Of a DNA stretch of 64,000 bases, positions 39,907 through 48,845 are shown piece after piece (the first letter of the stretch is position 1; each line of letters starts with the position of its first letter). The notes beneath the pieces are model-generated. The model made no database searches. It was not told the DNA's origin and was given only the letters and a program-made list of their open reading frames with translations. The DNA is from a virus, in IMG/VR virus record IMGVR_UViG_3300031758_000004, positions 1-64,000 of that record, one strand, 5' to 3'. Both the position numbers and the translations under genes were made by a program.

Positions 39907-40786
39907 TTATGAGGATTTTATAACAGATAACATAGATAATACATCCTTTATCTATGTTTATCTGGATCCTAGAAAATCAGGAGACTATAAATATGGTGAA
40001 TATGAATTTAATCATGAACCTTTTTATGTTGGTGCTTCTAGTGGTAAAACTATACATGATCGAAAAGTTCGACATTTACAATACGCGAAAAACGATAAGG
40101 ATATAACAAATAATAATTACAAAAAGAATATAATAAAGAGTATATTATCAGATAAATTAGAACCAATTATATTGAAATATATTGATGGTATGAGTATATC
40201 AGATGCCTTTTTTAAGGAAAAAGATATGATACTAATCATTGGTAATAGATATGATAAGTCAGGACCTCTAGTTAATATATCAAAAGGAGGAGATGGTGGT
40301 GATAACTTTACTAATAATCCAAGAAAAGAGGAGATAAGAGAAAAGCATAGAAGAAATGCTTTAGGATCGAATAATAATATGTATGGTCTTCCTTTAGAAG
40401 AATATCCATCACATAAAGCAAAGTTGAGAGGAGAACATTGGAATATGGGTAGAACCGCGTCAATATCAACAAGAGAAAAGCTATCCAAACAAAGAAGTGG
40501 ATCTGGTAATAGTAGAGCTAAAAAAACTTTACTTTTTGATAAAGACTTCAATATAATTAGAGAATTTGATTATTGTTTTGATGTATCTAATTATATTAAC
40601 TCATCAAATAGGTCGGTTTCCAAGACCGCAAGTACAAATTCAAAAGAGGAAATGTATCCATATCATACAACAAAAGGTTATTATATAATCTATAAGGATG
40701 ATTGGGAAAATAAATTTAAGAATAAAGAAAATGAAATTAGAGAATATCTAAAGACATTTAAGAAAAATAAAAATCAATTTTCATAA
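39887..40786 (+). mobile_element. Free-standing GIY-YIG-like homing endonuclease
   Basis: FIYVYLDPR..FYVG..R, LVNISKGGDGG, NNMYG. Confidence 0.8.
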
Positions 40787-40803
40787 AAAATAAAAAAAAT
40801 ATT

Positions 40804-40899
40804 ATGATCAAAATCGAAAAAGTAAAAAATAGACCAGTTTATGACATTACTGTGAATAAAAATCACAACTTTTATGCTAATAATATATTAGTACATAAC
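40804..40899 (+). other. Split intein IntC, 32 aa
   Basis: Blocks F and G ending His-Asn; Cys+1 at 40900. Confidence 0.88.
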
Positions 40900-42165
40900 T
40901 GTGCTGAAATAGTTGAAGCGACAGGCGTTACTAAAACGCAAAAAGCTATTTTAGAAAATAAAGAGTTATTAGAGAAATTAGGGTTAGGTGAATTCTGGGG
41001 TCAAGAAGAAGTAAATGAAACAGCAGTTTGTAACTTAGCTTCTTTAGCACTTCCTAAGTTTATCAATAAGAATAAAACTTATAATTTTAATAAACTTTAT
41101 GATATTGCTTATGATGCGATTGTTAACTTAAATAATGTTATTGATGTTAACTTTTATCCATCACCATCAGCTAAATTTTCTAACTTATGTCATAGACCAG
41201 TTGGTTTAGGTGTTCAAGGATTAGCAGATGTTTTCTTTCAATTAGGATTACCATATGAATCTGAAGAGGCTAAACAATTAAATAAAGATATTTTTGAAAC
41301 TATCTATTACGCTTCAATTAAAGCTTCTTGTGATTTAGCTAAAGTACAAGGCACTTACGCAACTTATGAAGGTTCACCTATTTCACAAGGTAAATTCCAA
41401 TTTGATTTATGGGGAACTAAACCTAGTAAAAGATGGGATTGGGATAAATTAAGAGAAGAAGTTAAGAAGTATGGTGTTAGAAACTCTTTAACAACTTGTA
41501 TCATGCCAACAGCATCAACAGCTTCTATCTTAGGTAATGAAGCATCTTGTGAAGCTCAAACTTCAAATATGTACACAAGAAGTGTTCTTTCAGGAACTTT
41601 CATTATGGTAAATAAATATTTAGTTAAAGAATTAGTTAAGTTAGGATTATGGAATGAAAATTTAAGAAAGAAAATTATTGCTGAGAATGGTTCGGTTCAA
41701 AATGTACCTGAAGTACCAACTAACTTGAAAGAAATCTTTAAAACTGTTTATGAGATTAAACAAAGAGATGTTATCGAGATGGCTGCTGATAGAGGAGCGT
41801 TTATTGACCAAACTCAATCAATGAATATTTTTATGGATTCTCCAAACTTTGCTAAGTTGACAGCGATGCACTTCTATGGATGGGGTAGAAGAAACTTAAT
41901 GACCAATGAAAATGGTGAAGTTATTATCCCACAAGGAGAAAATATTCAAGTTATTTACGATTCAGAAGGTAAAGCAAGATGTTATAAAGATAAGAGATAC
42001 ACATTAAAAACTGGTATTTATTATTTAAGAAATAAATCAGCGGCAGACGCAGTTAAATTCACTGTACAACAAGATACGGCTAAGAAAACTGTTGAAGAAC
42101 AAATGGCTGAAATCTCGTGTAGCTTAGATTCAGATCCTGGTGAATGCATGGCATGCGGCTCGTGA
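40804..42165 (+). CDS. nrdA: IntC plus ribonucleotide reductase alpha C-fragment
   Basis: MIKIEK..VYDITV..NFYANNILVHN|CAEI; VCNLAS, GLGVQG, MPTASTA, DQTQSMN, terminal CMACGS. Confidence 0.92.
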   Translation: MIKIEKVKNRPVYDITVNKNHNFYANNILVHNCAEIVEATGVTKTQKAILENKELLEKLGLGEFWGQEEVNETAVCNLASLALPKFINKNKTYNFNKLYDIAYDAIVNLNNVIDVNFYPSPSAKFSNLCHRPVGLGVQGLADVFFQLGLPYESEEAKQLNKDIFETIYYASIKASCDLAKVQGTYATYEGSPISQGKFQFDLWGTKPSKRWDWDKLREEVKKYGVRNSLTTCIMPTASTASILGNEASCEAQTSNMYTRSVLSGTFIMVNKYLVKELVKLGLWNENLRKKIIAENGSVQNVPEVPTNLKEIFKTVYEIKQRDVIEMAADRGAFIDQTQSMNIFMDSPNFAKLTAMHFYGWGRRNLMTNENGEVIIPQGENIQVIYDSEGKARCYKDKRYTLKTGIYYLRNKSAADAVKFTVQQDTAKKTVEEQMAEISCSLDSDPGECMACGS

Positions 42166-42192
42166 TATATAACTGATTATCAAATACTTATA

Positions 42193-42225
42193 AATGGTGA
42201 GAGTTTACTTTCGCCATTTTTTTTT
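42193..42225 (+). terminator. Intrinsic terminator after nrdA
   Basis: aaatggtgagag-ttta-ctttcgccattttttttt. Confidence 0.8.
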
Positions 42226-42358
42226 CTATAAAAATAAATCTCTTTTAACGTCTCTATTTATTTTACTACAAAGTGGTTGTAAGTTGGTATAGTGATTTAA
42301 TCTAATAACATCCTCTTCTGTTTCAGATGATGGTATTCATTACTTCTTTAGCTTTCAT
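42226..42358 (-). pseudogene. Relic: short MKAKEVMN start joined out of frame to an HNH endonuclease C-terminus
   Basis: Minus strand reads MKAKEVMNTII* in one frame and ETEEDVIRLNHYTNLQPLCSKINRDVKRD in another; the latter is near-identical to the end of HNH 60459-61238. Confidence 0.7.
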
Positions 42359-42476
42359 ATTTTATATATTAAATTTGATTTGTACATTTTTGTACATTTT
42401 CTGTATAAAATCCACACTTTTTCGATTGTAATTTTAATTACACATATATAATCATATTAAAAAAATTAAAACTTTT

Positions 42477-42507
42477 TTTGGTAATTAAAATAAAAGATGT
42501 ATATTTG
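42477..42507 (+). promoter_or_regulatory. Bacteroidota-type housekeeping promoter upstream of the RNA/Ro locus
   Basis: TTTG (42477-80), 19-nt spacer, TATATTTG (42500-07). Confidence 0.7.
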
Positions 42508-42598
42508 TAAAAGATTTCTGACTGAGATTTAACAAATGAAAATCTTTTAAAGAAATTTTAAACTTTTTAAAATATAAATATAAAATAAAAACAAAATT

Positions 42599-42673
42599 AC
42601 CGTAGTTAGAGAAAAGGTTACTTCGCAATTTTTAGGATAATTTCAAAACACACCTTATCTCAATTTTCTCGGT
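42599..42673 (+). ncRNA. Putative Y RNA-like RNA 1 (~75 nt)
   Basis: Ends pair (ACCG/CGGU, GAGA-AAGGU/ACCUU-UCUC) around UACUUCG; located upstream of the Ro/TROVE gene. Confidence 0.65.
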
Positions 42674-42682
42674 CATTATTAA

Positions 42683-42914
42683 AACAGACATAGCAATAGC
42701 TCTGAGATACTTCGAACTATAAATAACAATTCAGATCGAAAAGTGTCAAAAGCGACAGCTACGACTACCAAGAAGGTATATTCTCTGGAATATTCTGAGG
42801 TGAAAAAGTCCGTTAGTCTTCACGTTACGGAGACGAGTGGAATGGTCACTACAACCATTGATAGAGTTTCGGGAGAATTCTCTATGACGCTTAGGCTAAA
42901 CTTTCTTGTCTGTT
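42683..42914 (+). ncRNA. Putative Y RNA-like RNA 2 (~230 nt, multi-hairpin)
   Basis: AACAGACA/UGUCUGUU and UAGC-CUGAG/CUUAG-GCUA terminal stems, UACUUCG motif, internal hairpins; GC-richer than its flanks. Confidence 0.65.
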
Positions 42915-42923
42915 ACTTATTAT

Positions 42924-42967
42924 AATGACCAGGATATACAAATGTATAGTTCTGGTCATTTTTTTTT
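42924..42967 (+). terminator. Intrinsic terminator after the RNAs
   Basis: aatgaccagga-tatac-aaat-gtata-gttctggtcatt followed by a T-tract. Confidence 0.8.
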
Positions 42968-43014
42968 GTAGAAATTAAAGAAATTAAAAATATTAAAATA
43001 AAATTAAAGAAATT

Positions 43015-43485
43015 ATGGCTAGATTTAACGCAACATTACCTAAACAAAAGACCTTAACTAATAACTTAGCAGGAGGTCAAGCTTATTCACAATCTGATGA
43101 ATTAGCATTAGTATCATTTTTACTAACATCATTTGTTAGTGATCAATTTTATAGATCATCTGATCAATCTTTGAATGAGTTGAAAAAACTTTTAATCAAA
43201 GTTGATCCTGTTTTTGCCGCTAAAGCAGCTATTTATGCCAGAGATAAGTTTGGTATGAGATCTGTTGCACATGCTTTAGCAGGTGAGTTAGCAAAGTATT
43301 TATCTGGAAAAGATTTTGCTAAGAATTTCTATGATAAAATAGTTGTTAGACCTGATGATATGATGGAGATATTAGCTTATTATAATACAAATTGTGGGAC
43401 TAAAATTCCTAACTCTATTAAAAAGGGATTCGCAAAATCATTTGATAGATTTGATGGTTATCAGTTGTCTAAATGGAAAAAATGA
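43015..43485 (+). CDS. Ro60/Rsr (TROVE) protein, N-terminal fragment
   Basis: NNLAGGQAY, FYRS, AAIYARDKFGMRS, VVRPDD, SIKKGFA..FDGYQLSK. Confidence 0.85.
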   Translation: MARFNATLPKQKTLTNNLAGGQAYSQSDELALVSFLLTSFVSDQFYRSSDQSLNELKKLLIKVDPVFAAKAAIYARDKFGMRSVAHALAGELAKYLSGKDFAKNFYDKIVVRPDDMMEILAYYNTNCGTKIPNSIKKGFAKSFDRFDGYQLSKWKK

Positions 43486-43520
43486 TATTTGAAAAATAAT
43501 ATATACTTAAAAAGTATATT

Positions 43521-44195
43521 ATGAGTTTTTTTATTTCAAAAGAAGATTTGGAGTATTTATATTTTGTGGAAAATTTATCTTACTCTAAAATTGAAAAAAA
43601 ATTAAACTTAAATCGAGGTGTTATATATCACTGGTTTAAAAAATATGAAATTAAACCAAGAAACTACTCAGATGCTGGTAAAGGTAGAAAATTTACAGAT
43701 GAACATAAGAAAAAAATTTCATTTTCAAATTCCAAGCCACATACCGAAGAGAGAAAAAAAAATATATCAAATTCACACTTAGGTAAAAATTTAACAGATG
43801 AGCATAAAGATAAAATAAGAAGTAAATTTATAGGACTTAGACCTGGATTTAAACACCCTATGTGGAAAGGAGGTAGATCCACATTTAGAAATAGATTACA
43901 ACAATCATCTCTATATAAGGAATGGAGAAAATCTATATATGATCGTGACTTATATAAATGTCAAATTTGTAATAGTGGTGGTAAATTAAATTCACATCAT
44001 ATTATAAAGTTCTCAAAGATTGTAGAGGATTACAATCTTTTAAAATACGAAGATTACATCATGTGTAATTTTCTTTGGGATATAGATAATGGAATTACAT
44101 TATGTGAAAAATGTCACCATAGTATAAAAGGTATAGAGGAAAAATTTGAAGAAAAATTTAAAAGTATAATTTATGAAAAAAAGAAAAATGTATAA
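43521..44195 (+). mobile_element. Free-standing HNH endonuclease inserted in the Ro60 gene
   Basis: N-terminal HTH, NUMOD3-like repeats, CQIC..SHHI..NGITLCEKCH; own TAATATATA at 43497. Confidence 0.85.
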
Positions 44196-45147
44196 ATTAG
44201 TTGACGTTGTTAACTTAGTACACCCAGTGCCAACAGAGAAAAACTCTGAAGCACTTAACTTATTAATCAATGATAAGTTAAAAAACACTGATACTTGGGA
44301 AGCTAAGTTATCAGCAGCTGGTCAATCAGCTGAGAACTCAGAAGATTTGGCACAATTAAAGGCTGATGCTTGGACAGAGTTAATCTCTACAAGAAAATTG
44401 GGTTACTTTGCTCTTTTAAGAAACTTGAGAAACATTGTCTCTCAAGCTCCACAATCTGTTACTGCGGCTTGTGAAATGTTGGTTGATGAAAAATTAATCA
44501 AAAAGAGTAGAGTTTTACCATTCAGATTCTCTACAGCTTATGAAGAAATCTCTAAGCTTCCTTCAAACAAGGAAACAAGACAAGTGTTAGTTGCTATCAA
44601 CAACGCTCTTGAAGTTTCAGTACAAAATGTACCAAAGTTTGAAGGTGAAACATTACTTGTAATGGACGTATCTGGATCTATGAGTGGTAGACCATCAGAA
44701 ATTGCGAGTTTATTCGGAGCAATTATTGCGAAAGCAAATAACTGTGACGTTATGACTTTCTCTACAAGTGCTAATTATAAGACTTACAATCCATTGGATT
44801 CTGTAATGACAATAAGAAGCTCTTTTAGATACTCTGGTGGTGGTACTAACTTTAAGTCTATCTTCCAAAATGCTAATAAGGCTTATGATAACATCGTTAT
44901 TTTAAGTGATATGCAAGGTTGGATTGGTTATACATCACCAAGTGCTGAGTTTAACCAATATAAGAAAAGATTTGGGGCTAATCCTTCAGTATTCTCTTGG
45001 GATCTTGCTGGGTATGGTACTTTACAACTACCTGAAAATGGTGTTTACTGTTTGGCTGGTTTTTCTGATAAAGTTTTTGATGTAATTGAATTACTAAAAA
45101 CTGACAGAAATGCGTTAGTAAACGAAATTAAATCCATTGAGATTTAA
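44173..45147 (+). CDS. Ro60/Rsr (TROVE plus vWA) protein, C-terminal fragment
   Basis: KLVDVVNLVHP, TWE..LS, ALLRNLRN, RVLPFRF, MIDAS DVSGSM, GGTNF, LSDMQ. The start may be ATG 44188, overlapping the HNH stop. Confidence 0.85.
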   Translation: MKKRKMYKLVDVVNLVHPVPTEKNSEALNLLINDKLKNTDTWEAKLSAAGQSAENSEDLAQLKADAWTELISTRKLGYFALLRNLRNIVSQAPQSVTAACEMLVDEKLIKKSRVLPFRFSTAYEEISKLPSNKETRQVLVAINNALEVSVQNVPKFEGETLLVMDVSGSMSGRPSEIASLFGAIIAKANNCDVMTFSTSANYKTYNPLDSVMTIRSSFRYSGGGTNFKSIFQNANKAYDNIVILSDMQGWIGYTSPSAEFNQYKKRFGANPSVFSWDLAGYGTLQLPENGVYCLAGFSDKVFDVIELLKTDRNALVNEIKSIEI

Positions 45148-45151
45148 TAAC

Positions 45152-45182
45152 AAAAAACCCACTCATTTGAGTGGGTTTTTTT
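45152..45182. terminator. Bidirectional intrinsic terminator
   Basis: aaaaaacccactc-attt-gagtgggttttttt. Confidence 0.85.
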
Positions 45183-45945
45183 ATTTCCATATATTTTCTA
45201 AATTTATTCTAGAGGTTATTTCAATAACTTTATCTCCTTTTTTGAGTGTGTATTTATGTAATCCTAAGAATTTATTTATTATACTATCAACTTTATATTT
45301 TTCATCATCATCTAAATCATTATTAAATATTTGAATTAGATTATCTATTTCATCATAAGTTAAAAAGTCTTTGTTACCAACAAAATAAACAAAGTTATAA
45401 TTATATTCATTATACTTTTCAGCACCCGGTTCATAAGATTTATCTATTAGAAATTGAGTTATTGAGTTTTCAACGCCTAATGATGGTAATGTAAATTTAT
45501 ATCCATCAATTAAAAACTCTTTTAATTCATTATTCCAATTTTTATTTAGATGTTTAAAATTAAAATAGTTAAAATTTTTTGATTCAAAATCAACAACGTG
45601 ATCTTCACCAAATTCATCAAAGTAGAAAATTTTAATCTTTTTATTCTTTGTAAATTTTACTATTTCAAAAAATAAGAAAATAACATCAATACTTTTTATA
45701 TACTCAAATGTATAACTATCTGGTATAATAATATTCTTCTTAACGATCTTCTTAACTTTTCTAAGAACTACACTTAAATCATCTATTACAAAGCCCATCT
45801 CATAGTCTTTTATATCTTTATCATTTGCTTTTTTGATAAAGACTTTAAAGTCATTATTATAAAAATAACCTTGTGATGGTAAGATACTTAAATCTATTTC
45901 TTTCTTTTTGGAAAAGATATTCTTTATAAAATCAATTATTCTCAT
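45181..45945 (-). CDS. Possible baseplate hub-related protein
   Basis: LPSQGYFY motif as in gp26-like proteins; likely start MRIIDF. Confidence 0.4.
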   Translation of the reverse strand: MRIIDFIKNIFSKKKEIDLSILPSQGYFYNNDFKVFIKKANDKDIKDYEMGFVIDDLSVVLRKVKKIVKKNIIIPDSYTFEYIKSIDVIFLFFEIVKFTKNKKIKIFYFDEFGEDHVVDFESKNFNYFNFKHLNKNWNNELKEFLIDGYKFTLPSLGVENSITQFLIDKSYEPGAEKYNEYNYNFVYFVGNKDFLTYDEIDNLIQIFNNDLDDDEKYKVDSIINKFLGLHKYTLKKGDKVIEITSRINLENIWK

Positions 45946-45996
45946 AAAATATATATATTTTTTTAGAGAGCTCATGTCAAGTTTATATATACAACT

Positions 45997-46716
45997 ATGT
46001 TAGTTCATGATGATTGCTTTAACTATATATCTAATTTAAAAGATAAATCAATTAGTTTGATATTAACAGATCCACCTTATCAAATATCCAAGTCATCAAA
46101 TTTTAAAAACTATTCAGATAAAGCTAATTCTGATATAATAACAAAGTATGGTAGTCACTCTATTGACTTTGGTGAATGGGATAAAGAAGAAATTAACTGG
46201 GATCTCTTATTTAAAGAATATTTTAGAATATTAAAAGATGGTGGTACTCTAATATTCTTTTTTGATATATGGAAGTCAACTATTATAAAAGAAATAGCCG
46301 ATAAGTATAAATTCAAACAAGCAAGAGTTTGTCAATGGCAAAAAACCAATCCAGTTCCTATAAATTCTAAAGTTAATTATCTTTCAAATGCTAACGAATA
46401 TTTTTTCACTTTTGTAAAAGGTAAGAAACCTACTTTTAACTCCGAGTATGATAATGGTGTTTATAGATATCCAATTTGTCATGGAAAAGAAAGATTGGAT
46501 CACCCAACTCAAAAGCCACTTAGTTTAATACAAGATTTAGTTAAAAAACACTCTAATGAAGGTGATTTGGTGTTGGATACTTTTGCTGGATCTGGTACAA
46601 CCGGTGAAGCCTGTCAAATTTTAAATAGAAAATATATTTTAATTGAAAAGGATGAAAATTATTTTTTATTGATAAAAAATAGGTTAGGAGAAAACAAAAC
46701 AGAAATAAATACATAA
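45997..46716 (+). CDS. DNA N6-adenine/N4-cytosine methyltransferase (beta class)
   Basis: ILTDPPY, HPTQKP, DTFAGSGTT. Confidence 0.9.
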   Translation: MLVHDDCFNYISNLKDKSISLILTDPPYQISKSSNFKNYSDKANSDIITKYGSHSIDFGEWDKEEINWDLLFKEYFRILKDGGTLIFFFDIWKSTIIKEIADKYKFKQARVCQWQKTNPVPINSKVNYLSNANEYFFTFVKGKKPTFNSEYDNGVYRYPICHGKERLDHPTQKPLSLIQDLVKKHSNEGDLVLDTFAGSGTTGEACQILNRKYILIEKDENYFLLIKNRLGENKTEINT

Positions 46717-46738
46717 AATAAAAAAATAATAAAGTAAT

Positions 46739-47140
46739 ATGTCTATTAAAATAAAAAATTCAGAATTATCAAGTGAAACAATATCAGCATTAAATACATT
46801 AATTGATACTGATATCAACGCTACTTGCGCATTTAGATTAACTAGAATTATCAAAGAATTATCTTCTATTGTTGAAGATAAAGCAAAATTAGAAAAAAGA
46901 TTAATCGAGAAATATACTGATCGTGATGAAAATGGACAACCTACTAAAGTATATAACCAAGATGGTCAAGAAGTAGAAGGTGCTGTTAATTTAACAAATC
47001 CAGAAGCATTTCAAAATGAAATGAATGACTTTTTAGAGTTGGAAAATGAAATTCCTTATGATAAAATAAATTTTGAAGATCTTAAATTGGAGACTGCTAA
47101 GGTAAAAGATTTAATAACATTAGAGTTTTTATTTAATTAA
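46739..47140 (+). CDS. Conserved phage hypothetical protein
   Basis: 133-aa helical ORF. Confidence 0.7.
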   Translation: MSIKIKNSELSSETISALNTLIDTDINATCAFRLTRIIKELSSIVEDKAKLEKRLIEKYTDRDENGQPTKVYNQDGQEVEGAVNLTNPEAFQNEMNDFLELENEIPYDKINFEDLKLETAKVKDLITLEFLFN

Positions 47141-47159
47141 AATTAAATTTTCTAAAATA

Positions 47160-47189
47160 TAAAGTCCGATGTTAAATCGGACTTTTTTT
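47160..47189 (+). terminator. Intrinsic terminator
   Basis: aaagtccgat-gttaa-atcggactttttt. Confidence 0.85.
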
Positions 47190-47220
47190 ATTTAATATAT
47201 ACAAAAAAAGAATATATTAA

Positions 47221-48843
47221 ATGCCTGCTACATATAGTGTAAACATCGGTACTGAGTATGAAGCTTCGAGACTTCCAGATATATTAAGTGTACTAAAAAA
47301 TATTCCAGATAATACACACAAACTTATATCACCTAAAGATGTTAGAGATGCTTTTTTATCAACTTGGGCGAATTCACCAATTAAACAAACCACCACAACT
47401 GCTGGAACTGAATATATTGGTATAGATTCTGGTAATCCATCTAATCGTGATATAAAGCAAAAAATTTATTTAGGTAAAAGACAATTTGGTGGTAGTGATA
47501 TTTTAAATCCTACATTATTAAACAATACTAATAATGATATTTATATTTTTAATACAAAACCTGATACATCTACACAGAGTAATACTAGAATTGCAATTTT
47601 AGCAGGTACCAATTCATCTTTATATACACAAGCCCCTTATATAGAAAGTATTAGTGATGGAACAAAATTTGATTTTGAGTTTAGAAATCCATCAATTAAT
47701 AGTGGTTCAATTAACATCTATAGCTCAACTGGTAGAGTTTCTATCAACGGTATAATTTTTCCAACTGTTGCTGAATCATCCGCTTCTGCTTCAAATGGTA
47801 AAGTATTGAGATATTATGGTACTTATCCTAATGGTAGTTTAAGATGGGATAATACAAATGTTAGTATTGCTACTATTGGTAGTCCAGGAAGTCCAACAAA
47901 TATTTATGGTAGTACCGTTAGTTTAAATGGATACTCTTTAGAGTTTATAAATAATACAATAGTGCCAAGTAAAGTTGGTGGTATTGCAGTTGGAACATCT
48001 TTCTCATCAAACTCTTTTTATAATGGTAGTGGTTATCAAAATTGGCCTATTAGTGAAGTGTTGAGAAATTTATTATTTCCTTATATACCACCTCATATCT
48101 CAGTTGAGGCTATAAATACATCTAGTTTAAATAGTTATGCTGAAGTTGGAACAACCGCAACTTTAAACTTAAAATATAATCTTACAATATATCCAAGAGA
48201 AAGTAGTGAGTATGTTAGAGATTATTATGTAATTTCAAATGAGCCAAGTCCAATTGGAACAACTTTATACCCATTGGGTCAACCATATTGTGGTTTATCT
48301 TTTTCAACATCATTACCTGGTACAACATTTAGTGGAACGGTTAGTATATCTAAAAGTAGAGCAACATATGGAACCGTTAGCTTTGGTTTTCAAGTTTCTG
48401 ATAGAGATGGTTTTACAGCATCATCTTATCCTTATGGATTTAGTCATAGTGCTACTGCTTCATTTACCTATATTTACCCTATATTTTATGGTTTTACAAA
48501 TTCTGTTATTACAACAAATAGTTCGATATTTACAAGTGGAGTTACAACAATTTCAAAATTATTGCAACCATATCCAGGGGTAACTAATTCAGTTACATTT
48601 AATTCTACCGGTAGTGGATACTTTTATTTTTGTTTTCCAACAGCTTATTTTAATACCGTTGTATCTAGAATAAAGGATCCTAATGGATTTATATTATATA
48701 ATGGTGATTTATCTTCATCATTCTTTACTTATAGTACTGGATTATCAAACGCTAATTATGCTACTCCAACTAATTACACTGTTTGGAGAACAGTAGCTAC
48801 TTGTAGTTACTCACAAAATGGATCATTTGAATTTAAATTTTAA
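47221..48843 (+). CDS. Virion structural protein (Ser/Thr-rich), paralog of the next gene
   Basis: TAATATATA at 47193; shares KLISPK..RD..LS.W, GID.GNP, KIYLGKR and YP.FYG with 48846-50384. Confidence 0.65.
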   Translation: MPATYSVNIGTEYEASRLPDILSVLKNIPDNTHKLISPKDVRDAFLSTWANSPIKQTTTTAGTEYIGIDSGNPSNRDIKQKIYLGKRQFGGSDILNPTLLNNTNNDIYIFNTKPDTSTQSNTRIAILAGTNSSLYTQAPYIESISDGTKFDFEFRNPSINSGSINIYSSTGRVSINGIIFPTVAESSASASNGKVLRYYGTYPNGSLRWDNTNVSIATIGSPGSPTNIYGSTVSLNGYSLEFINNTIVPSKVGGIAVGTSFSSNSFYNGSGYQNWPISEVLRNLLFPYIPPHISVEAINTSSLNSYAEVGTTATLNLKYNLTIYPRESSEYVRDYYVISNEPSPIGTTLYPLGQPYCGLSFSTSLPGTTFSGTVSISKSRATYGTVSFGFQVSDRDGFTASSYPYGFSHSATASFTYIYPIFYGFTNSVITTNSSIFTSGVTTISKLLQPYPGVTNSVTFNSTGSGYFYFCFPTAYFNTVVSRIKDPNGFILYNGDLSSSFFTYSTGLSNANYATPTNYTVWRTVATCSYSQNGSFEFKF

Positions 48844-48845
48844 TT

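Noticed and set aside
42573-42580. T4 late promoter TATAAATA before the RNAs
   Set aside because: A single instance in very AT-rich DNA; the phage's recurrent motif is TAATATATA, so this is likely chance.
42743-42925. 60-aa ORF upstream of Ro
   Set aside because: Lies inside the predicted structured RNA 2 and ends at the terminator; no protein-like signal.
43483-43485. Stop-codon reassignment (TGA/TAG readthrough) explaining the split genes
   Set aside because: Readthrough of TGA 43483 hits further stops and never joins the C-half. Intact genes across the window end in TAA, TAG and TGA normally.
43486-44187. Group I intron interrupting the Ro60 gene
   Set aside because: Only 35 nt of AT-rich spacer lie before the HNH start and the HNH stop overlaps the downstream start, leaving no space for a catalytic core; no recognisable P7 elements.
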